A DNA stretch of 64,000 bases, taken from Takakia lepidozioides. Taxonomy: Eukaryota; Plantae; Bryophyta. The stretch spans positions 21,638,001 through 21,702,000 of the forward strand of contig CM060732.1 in assembly GCA_030704615.1 (NCBI GenBank). Direction: 5' to 3'. The position numbers were made by a program, and so were the translations under genes. The notes beneath the pieces are model-generated. The model searched no databases. It saw only the letters and a list, made by a program, of their open reading frames with translations, and was not told the DNA's origin. Positions 1 to 8,601 of the stretch are shown piece after piece; positions within the stretch are counted from its first letter, which is position 1, and each line of letters begins with the position of its first letter.

Positions 1-72
1 GAGGATGATCGAAATATGTACTACAACGTGCAGATAAATTTGAAAAAATGTTGTTCTGCAGGACCTACATCC

Positions 73-140
73 AACCTTGCGAATTAGTACATGAAGTGGA
101 GTACCATATGCCCGAACCAACCTTGCGTTGATGCAAGGCT
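73..140. repeat. Additional full (119-140) and half (~73-81) copy of the same palindrome in another predicted intron
   Basis: AACCTTGCGT-TG-ATGCAAGGCT at 119-140; CAACCTTGCG at ~73; downstream of donor AG|GTATCA at 267/266 on the minus strand. Confidence 0.8.
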
Positions 141-2123
141 AAATTGCGACTAGAAATTGAATGACTGACGATCATAATAGCCCTACCTTGTAAGTCCCAG
201 TTCAGCCTTGTCAGAACATAAGGGGGATTTGAGGAAGCAAAACGCAAACACAAAGAAACGTGATACCTGTACAAGACTCGCTTCATAGCTTATTCGCTAT
301 TGTACTGATTCTTGAACTCATTCGACCTCGAAATGCCTTTGTCTCTGTCAACTTCCATATAGAAACAGTTGTTCCATATTGCACTTTTCCATCTCCGTAT
401 GTATTGATCTAGAGAGATTATGGGTGTCGTCATGGTGATTTTGTAGTCAACCAACGACTCCCCCAGTGCTGCAATTGCACGCTTCTCCAGCTGTCCAAAC
501 AAGGCAATTGTGAGGCATCGGAGACAAGAAAACGGAATCATGGATTAATGCAGACTACAAGAATGGGCTGTTTATCTCACCTGGCTCCAGAATGTAGCTT
601 TGTAAAGCCACTGGTCGAAGGAGTGGTCGCTCACCACTTTTATCACATTGGTTTTGGGGTCTCTTTCTGTTCTTGGAAACCCATACGTGTCCTTCACCAG
701 AGGATCCGAGTTCCAAATCTCCAACCACCTGATTTTGGTTGCGGTGTCCACCATTGAAATGGAGAGGCGATGCAGCTTCTCTTGGGTCATTTTGGGCTTA
801 GTTCCGTACTTATCGTAGTGCACTTTGACTTGCTCCAGAAACTCTGAGCCGAGACCTGGATCTGCAATGCGGATTTGTTTGTCAAAAGCACTCAGCAAGT
901 TCTTTCTGTGGTTATCCATCTCAAACCGGATTGCCTCCGCCACCCCCACATCAGACCTCTCCTCCTCTACATGAGTGGCGTAGTATTCGGCCTTCGCCTT
1001 CAAGCTTGTCTCCGCTATCTCTTGCTGTAAACAATCCAAAATATACGATCCTTTAGTTCTCATCCATTGAATAGAAGCATCAAACTAGTCTGAAATTGAA
1101 TTCGGTTTATGTTTCTTTACCGTGTACATGTAGTCAAGAAATGCCTCTCTTGTCAGACTATACCAGGTGACGAGCTTCTTCACCCTGCATCTCTTCATTT
1201 GACTTTGGCTCAACACCTTCGCAAACGATTCCAGAGGCATCATATTGATCTTTTGGACCCGGAAAAGGGTACGGCAGAGGTTGGTTGTTACGTGGGAGGT
1301 TTCGTTTGATCTGCATTGAACAGTCACGTTGCCAATTAAAAAATAACAACCAGAAACAGAGCAAAGCATCCACATAATGCACAACAACTCCAGAAAACTT
1401 ACTTGTTGATGTCGTGCATGGCAGTGAGCAGCTGTGTGATTCGTCCTTTGTGATCAAAGACCATAGAATAAACGCTCCAGTGCCAATCCTTCTCGTCTGA
1501 GTGTAATTCGGATATGTAGTCCATCCAGGCAAGCAACCGGTGATTGCCATCCCACACAAAAAACATCTTCCCCATGAAAACTTTCGTGGATGCTTTTTTG
1601 GATAGTTTGGCCTTGAACTCTTTGTTAACTTCACGCCAACTTTGATCCCAACCATGCTCTATCTCTTCTGATACAGGGCACTCTTTGCCCTTCGTGTCAG
1701 TTGTGGAAACATAGAACACGGCAGATCCCTTCACATACCCATGCACGAAATCATTCTTCAGTTTCCTTATGTCGTTTCTGAGAGCTGGGCGGACAGCTGG
1801 CATCGATACCATTCTGCACAGTGGGATAAAAAGATCTCCACCAGGAATTTCCATTGACATGATTACCTTCGAAGAGTTCACCTTCTGTCCAGCTATAACA
1901 GCCTCTGCTCTGTTTTCGTAATGTTCGTCATCGCCTTCGTCGGCATCCCCATACTCTTCTTCTTCTCCGTCTCCGACAGGTTCTTTCCTTTTCCTCTTCC
2001 TATGTTGAAAAAGTAAGATCTGTCATTCATAAAGTCTGTTGTTGAAAACAATGACAGAGAAACATGCAGCGTCTTGGCCCAAAACATCCTTGTTCGAAAT
2101 GAAAATGACCCTTGGTTTGCATC

Positions 2124-2649
2124 CCAAATCAACCTTGCGTTGACGCAAGGTTGATAGTGGGGCTTGCAACAGTGGGACTGAATGAAAATGTGGACACTGG
2201 CAAGACTCTCAAACAACCTTGAGTCAACGCAAGGTTGTTTGATGAGCTCCAAACGATCAAAAAACTGCATCAATTCGAAACTGGTTTGCAGCCCAAATCA
2301 ACATTGCGTTAACGCAAGGTTGATTCTTCGGCTTGAAACTGTGAAAGTGACGGCCAAGACAGCCATCTGGTGGACTTTCAATCAACCTTGCGTTGATGAG
2401 CTTCATCCTTGAAAAAAACAACCTCAAACAACACTGGTCTGGAGCCCATATCAACCTTGTGTTGAAGCAAGGTTGTTTCTAGGGCTGGTACCTCTGTGAG
2501 TGAAGTCCAAAAGAGACATTGTCTGGACTCTCAAACAACCTTGCGCCAACGCAAGGTTGTCTGATATGCTTCGACATTACAAAAAACCATTTAGATGGAC
2601 ACACAACTGCAGCCCAAATCAACCTTGCGTTGACGCAAGGTTGATTTGG
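2124..2649. repeat. Phased array of 7 palindromes (core AACCTTGCGT-NN-ACGCAAGGTT) in an ~168-bp two-palindrome tandem unit, inside the intron 2020-2758
   Basis: Core starts at 2131, 2215, 2300, 2384, 2453, 2537, 2621 (spacing 84,85,84,69,84,84); the fourth copy has lost 15 bp including its right arm. Arms extend up to 17 bp (CCAAATCAACCTTGCGT-TG-ACGCAAGGTTGATTTGG). Confidence 0.95.
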
Positions 2650-3878
2650 TCTTGAATCTGTGGGAGTGAATGGAAAACAGGAAACGCAAGATTGGCGCAG
2701 TGAGATTCAGACGTCAAAAGAAATGAGACTGGTACATATAGTGGAACGTCACACATACCTCGTCTTGCTTCTTCGCAGCGCTCGAAGATGCACCGCCCGT
2801 GTGGCTTGCCTCCTTTGACTCGTGTGGGAGGACAGGTCCCAGAAGGTCGGGCTGGTGGGTGACAAAACCATGCACTCCATCCTCCGGTGTCTCTTCCATT
2901 ATGCGGACAACCTAAAAATGTTGACGGAGGCGGGTCCTAGGTTCCTCATCTCCACTCTCATAGGATTGTAGCTCGTTGGGCCCCTTCTCCACTGCGGCTA
3001 CACCCTCTGGAGCTGTCGTAAAACTACTCCTCCGCCCTCTTCCACTCCGGCCTCTAACTCTCCCACTCCTCCGGCGTCCCCCTCCCCTGTTTCCTCCCCC
3101 AACATGAGTTCCCTCCGGATCTTTTTCATTCTATTATTCGCCTGTAGCCTTTGCTTTTTAGATGTGTAGTAAAGAGTTCGGCGGCGCCTTCTTGTTCGTC
3201 AAGAGGGAGTCTCACTTTCGACTGGATCCAGGATTGCAAGTAGGGAGGAAGAATGAGGTGCGGGAAAGAGGGAGTGCGCTTGCCTCTCACCCAACCCTAC
3301 TGCGCCAAGATGCCAGTTTCTTGGAGAGGCGGGGGGATGGCGTGGTGCATCTGCATGCAAGGCAAGTCGTCCCTGTAAGGTCCTTAATCGCGTTAAAATA
3401 AGGTTTCCCTAAACCTTGAACCCTTAACTGGCTTACTCACGTTTGGGAATTTTAGGTTTTCGCTTCAGTGGTGGTGTCTTCTCCACGTCGTCTGCTCATT
3501 CGAGACAATTAAAGTAAAACAAAGAGAACAATTTCATCCTATCTGCTTTTCATCTACAGTTATGACACTTCACATCTTAAGATAGAATGAATGGGTGGCT
3601 TGACGGCTGGTGTTTGTGAAAAAAACCGTTGAATATAGACAGTTAATAATTACATATGATACCTTGTCTGACAGAACACTTTAGGATAGATGAGGATAGA
3701 TGTCTTGGTGCAAAGTGGAATGAAACTGCTCATCCATATTGTCGTGCATCGGCGGAGACGCTCTTGTAGGGGAAATTCTAGTTGTTTTTTGCAATCCACA
3801 GACGTATGGCTGCTTGCTCGAGTGCTGGCACACTTTGTTGAACACTGTTACCATACCGTACTCTTCTCTGCTTTTTGA

Positions 3879-6800
3879 ATGGCTCTCAAAGATGAGTTGG
3901 TAAAATTTTACTGTGCTTACAAATCGCTCCCCCTAACCAAAGTGATAGACACCAATGGGATGGCAATTGTGGGAGAGGATGTCCTTTGTAGAAGCTTGGA
4001 TCTGCAAGTTGGTACTGTGCATGTGGAGAAAGAAGTGGACTCCGCCGGTAGGGTCGACAGTATGATGATTCTGGAGCCATATGTGTGCGATGACCGTATT
4101 AGACAATGGAGAGTTCCAGCAGGCACTTACCGTGTGCATGGAGATCAACGACGTTCGACTGCAGGTTCAACACTCACACCAGGAACTGCCGCTTCGGTGG
4201 CTCCGGCCTTCACACCTGCTACAATTAAAAAAGATGACACCAGCACTTCGACGCCTTTTGTGGATCTCTCGGAAAGCTCCGGTGACGACGTCATCTCTGA
4301 GATTCCACCTCCACCACACCTGTCTTCTGTCGAAGAACCAGATGTCCAGGAGATAGGCAGTGTGGTTCCAAAGTTGCAGTCAATGAAAGGCTTGCCAAAC
4401 TGCAGAAGTGACGTGCGTGGAATTGCATGGGGGGCAATAAAGATTGTAAGAGCAAAATACCTTCCTGCAGAATTTGATGGGGATGTGGTTTTTGAGTTGC
4501 CACCTCCGACGTCCTTTGGGGGTTTGGGGGGACTCATGCAAGGGATGGACAAGAAGCACGACGGACACCCTTGGTGTCGAACTAAGACAACCAACATACA
4601 TAACCCTCATGGCTTGTCTTTCCGTAGATCAGTCTGCGTTGGGCACCTCTGTTGTGGAAATGAAGCCTGCAACTGCCTGTCATTGAGAGGCTCCCCAAAC
4701 GAGACGGAGTGGGAGGGTTGCGCTGATAACCCATTCGAGGTGGGGTGCCCACCTCCTAAAAACACGACATATTGCAAAACGGCCCCAACATGCATTGGCA
4801 CTTGCAAGGCCCGCATGTACTATGTGCTCCATCGTTTTCGCGGCCTTACCCGAGCTTGTGTTCATCTCGGCAATCATACCCACCCCGTATCGAAAGGGGA
4901 TTGTCGAGAAAGTCTTGAAACAATTAGGGAACTTCTACGGCATGAGGTGGAGAATGCTCCTTATGCACCGCCATCTGCAATTGCACTTTCTGCAAGCAAG
5001 AGCTTCTTGTAAAAACACATTCTAGGGGGAGCGGAAGAGAACATTGAGAAACTGGACAGCGAAAAACTGGACGTCGTTATGGACTATTTCTCGACCCTTA
5101 GTTCACCCAATATACGCAACCACATCAACGCACTCAGAATGGGAACAAGGAGCACAGGTTACGTGGATAGCATCCTGGAATTGAAGCGGAGAAGCATGTA
5201 CGACTTCATTCAAGACAATGTTTTTCCTGGTCAGGGGTCATTGAAAGTGTTCTTGTTCAAGATGTCCACAGTTGTGGAGGGAAGTGGAGTTAGTTTGGTC
5301 CGGAGAATGCAGCCCGGAGGCGACCTGCAGAAATCCTGGCTCATGTTTGATCATGTGAAACATGTAAAGGGTTGGACAACCATGGCTGCCCATGTGTACG
5401 ATCCTTCTTACCAAAGCGTTATGACAATTGCAGTGTGTGACATGCAATCCGAAGACACTGAGTCTCAAATCCTAATGTGGAAGTCACTTGTGAAAGTCAT
5501 GAAATCATGGTGTCTCAAATCCAAATTTTCATGGATTTATGGCCGATAGCGCGCAGGCAAATTGGAATGCAGTCCGTTCTGTTTTTGGAAGTGGTGATCC
5601 GAAAATACCCATGATGGGCGGGGAGCACACTTGCTTGTTCCATTGGACGCAGTCCCTCCGAAGGCACACCAAGAATTGCATAAAACCAGAGTTGCAGGAG
5701 GAACACATGAGACTCTGCCGGTTGTATAAAGATGCGACAAGCGAGATCGAAGCAAACTCCTTATACCAAACTATCAGGGCATGGTGGTACTCCTCCGATG
5801 CAGCAAGTCAAGATGGCCTCAAAGAACTTGACAACTGGATGGGATTCTGGCACTTCAGATACAAACAGTGGGGAGGGTTCATGACAAGAGTAAGGTCATT
5901 TCTTTAAATTCCAAGGCTTCCATGAGTTCAATTTACGGTATTAACCCTGTTCACGTGTCTTTTCTTCAATGCTATTATCTTTTGATCTACAATAATAAAT
6001 GGAAAGAATATTGTGTGCAGAATATGTCTCTGGAGGACATAGCGGATATGCCTTCATGTAATCTATCCGAGACTGTGCTAGTGTGTGGAATGCGCAATCC
6101 GGCAAGAACGGACGGGACCTGTACGTTGCCACTTCGGATGACATGGTCCGAGCGCTTTCGCAACAGACACGGTACCGGGATTTCCTTCGTGGACGAGGTT
6201 CTGGTAAGGGGCCAAACAGGGCGGAGTTGCAGTTGAGGGCTGCAAACAGATGCAAGAATCCTGCTAGAATGGCAAAGGTTGTAAACGAATGCACAATGGG
6301 AACACCATTGCAATCCAGACATCCTCATCTGGAAGGTGAGGAGAGATTCGGTTCATGCAAGCGCAAACTGGACACCCCTCCGGGATCGGACGGTGATTCG
6401 CATCGACATGATAGGGATAATTTTTCAGTGCCACGTGTGCCCGTGCCACCGACTTTCATGCAATCAACATCCTTTGTGGGTGAATCTTCCTCGACAGAGT
6501 TCACGGAGTCGACAACTACAACTACATGTGAAGAAGGGGCGAACTTGCTGCCCATCCAGGAGTCTGATTGTGCAGACACGCAGTGGCACATAGAACGAAC
6601 TCCGCAAGGCTCGAAGGTGAAATGTTCCGCTATCAGGGCAACGTCCTTTGTGAAGTGCACATCTATGATTTGTAGAGCCCCAGCAGGGACTCCAGCCCCA
6701 ACTTTCACAGGGTTATTCAAGCATTATAATGCGCGGGAGGCCAGGCCTCACAAGTTTTGGTTTTGTCCTGATGACATGAAACGTTGCGTGATGGGAACTG

Positions 6801-7407
6801 TCCGTGATTCGGTGATAAGCAAACCTCAAATCCCAAAAGTTTGGCCAGTCAAGATGGGAACGGCAATGTCTACACAGGAAATTGACATGATGGAGGATGC
6901 AGGATTTCGGCTCCCAAGAGGACCAACTGTCATGACAGTTAATTCTTCGCATGATTTCCCTTCCCCATTTCCTGCACGCTCTCCACTTGGCAACGACTGG
7001 CCAACGAAAAGAAATGGAAAGGTGGTCCGGCGGATTGAGGCAGGTGCAAAGCACGAGTGCAAGATTAATCGGCGAAAACCCTTCAGTGTCGGATCACCCA
7101 CGTTGTCGATGTTCCCCCACCAGGCTACGGACGGATGTATAGTATGGTGACGATGGGATCTGTTCTTCACAACAGGGCGTACGAGGTAACAGTTTCCAAT
7201 TTCCCAGATTGCACTTGCCCAGACTTCAAAAACACAATCTCCAGTTCTCTGGGAAAGAGAGGAAAATTTGTGCCATGCAAAATTTGTACTACATGTACAT
7301 TCAGATGATTTTGTGATCCAAAAAGAGACACATACATTCACCAATGTACGATGGGGCCTGCTGATGTTATGACACTACTTGAGCGAGATAGTACTGCACG
7401 AGTTTGA
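3879..7407 (+). pseudogene. MULE/MuDRA-type DDE transposase with GCM/WRKY-like N-terminal zinc domain and C-terminal SWIM finger; disrupted
   Basis: DGHPWCRTKTTN...SVCVGHLCC...CKARM...VHLGNHTHP; catalytic candidates MFDHV (~5350), FMADSAQA (~5545), CLFHW (CxxH), CNLSETV (~6068); SWIM-like DCTCPDFK...KFVPCK (~7205-7285). Premature stop 5010-5012, frameshifts near 5504, 6078, ~7060-7140, 7280; intron 5890-6020 (GTAAGG...TGCAG). Confidence 0.85.
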
Positions 7408-7794
7408 GATGCTCTCAGGCATGACCTTGCAAAGCCTGGGCTGTTTTTCTGTGACGTCCGGTGGCAGATGACAAAGTCGCCTTTATATGGAAAAAGCTTC
7501 AGGTTGTTTCATGCCAGCACTTTCTTCACTCAAAAGCCATCCCCTACCCCAAGTCATGATCAACATGGATGGTAATGCTTTGTACACTTTCTACACTTTG
7601 TGACTTTCCAATTTCAACCGTGCTTTCTGAATATACCCCAGTCTTACATGGACCTTCACTACTGCCATTGTTTATACGACTTGTATACTGTTTCGAAGTA
7701 GGTACGTGAGGGAAATTCATACAACTTCAAAGCAGTGGAGGATGGCCTGCTTTATTCAACATCCTTCAAGTTCTTTCCCCCCAAATGTCGTTGC

Positions 7795-7910
7795 TCTCAT
7801 CCATTGCACATTCATCCGTATTTTGACGTCCCTCATTCATCCTACATTCATCCCATATCCATCCAACATTCATCCTACATTCATCCATTCGACGGACCCA
7901 TTCATCCGTA
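7795..7910 (+). repeat. Subterminal CATTCATCC short repeats (about 6 copies)
   Basis: cattcatcc(g/t/c/a) recurs between 7809 and 7908. Confidence 0.75.
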
Positions 7911-8040
7911 CGAATTTCCTCTCGCACTACTCTGAAATTTTTATTCGTGTCTTGCGTAGTTTGCCCCCTAAACCGTAAACGTCGTCCCCACAGCAATAGG
8001 TTCTGCTTTTCCCACGGCTATAGGATCGGCTTTCATTCTA

Positions 8041-8140
8041 TGCTCACGCTTAAGAAATGTGCTCACACTTAGGAAATTTGCTCACGCTTAACGAAGTCTG
8101 CTCACGCTTAGTCCGCTAAGCGTGAGCGCGCTCACGCGCT
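8041..8140. repeat. Terminal motif cluster: TGCTCAC(G/A)CTTA x4 plus inverted copy and 18-bp perfect palindrome
   Basis: 12-mers at 8041, 8060, 8079, 8099 (19-20 bp spacing); TAAGCGTGAGC at 8117; GCGTGAGCGCGCTCACGC at 8120-8137. Confidence 0.9.
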
Positions 8141-8244
8141 AGCTTCCCTCTCTTATGTGCAGTGCAGTCATGGATGATCAGCTACATGATGCGCTACTCC
8201 AGTGATGCCAATCAGGGCGTTCGCCAGCAGGCCTTTCCGAGTCC

Positions 8245-8601
8245 TTGCGTAAACAAATTCTCTATCATATGTCTACTCACCGTTTCATGGGTGATAAGCT
8301 TTTCAAGGAGCTCACTAGAAGGGGGGTGCCATGCTATTTGGAGGTGCCACCACGGAGCCAGCTGAATGCTTTATTGGAGCATTTCCATTGTTCCTTGTAT
8401 GCAGGTCACCTTGGTATCAAGAAAACCGTGGCTCGCATCCAAGAGGTTTACTATTTGCTGGGAATTCACCGGGATGTCACGGAGTTCATCTCTAAGTGTG
8501 AAGGTTGTCGTGCTAACATTGCTCTCCCTAGGGCCCGGATCTTGTATGAGCTGCAGCCTTTGCCTGTCACCCATGCTTTTGCTCGTGTTGGCATTGACTT
8601 A
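8245..8601 (+). mobile_element. Ty3/Gypsy integrase N-terminal (H2C2 zinc-binding) fragment
   Basis: HCSLYAGHLGIKKT...YYLLGIHRDVTEFISKCEGC...LQPLPVTHAFARVGIDLV; breaks off at the first catalytic Asp. Confidence 0.8.

Larger units (their letters stand above)
1..3130 (-). pseudogene. Multi-exon ParB/Sulfiredoxin-like domain gene (putative transposon accessory gene), slightly disrupted, runs off the window start
   Basis: Phase-consistent GT-AG exon chain: ..-2759, 2019-1403, 1310-1121, 1024-581, 490-267, further exon(s) below ~64. Product: RG-rich N-terminus, KKQDE|ILLFQHRKRKRKE (NLS-like), acidic tract, then VRPALRNDIRKLKNDFVHGY...MFFVWDGNHRLLAW...AMHDINKSNE (ParB/Srx-like DGxHR motif at 1537-1554). 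In-frame stops at 2912-2914 and 290-292; start codon uncertain. Confidence 0.65.
1..8152 (+). mobile_element. Mutator-like (MULE) DNA transposon, right part; left end lies outside the window; carries transposase (+) and divergent accessory gene (-)
   Basis: MULE-type transposase at 3879-~7400; repeat-rich subterminal region 7790-8140; putative terminus ...GCTAGCTTCCCTCTC at 8152 (reverse complement starts GAGAGGG, Mutator TIRs typically start with G-rich GAG/GGG). Partner TIR and TSD cannot be checked; inclusion of the minus-strand gene in the element is inference. Confidence 0.7.

Noticed and set aside
1893-2454. ORFs 1893-2273, 2182-2412 and 2257-2454 as genes
   Set aside because: They are translations of the palindrome array; the real exon 2019-1403 uses another frame.
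2124-2649. CRISPR array
   Set aside because: Spacers are homologous in alternating classes, the array lies in a spliceosomal intron of plant DNA, and no cas genes are visible.
3405-3460. Telomere-like CCCTAAA/TTTAGG words (also ~7966)
   Set aside because: Only isolated degenerate units; insufficient for an interstitial telomere or a confident telo-box call.
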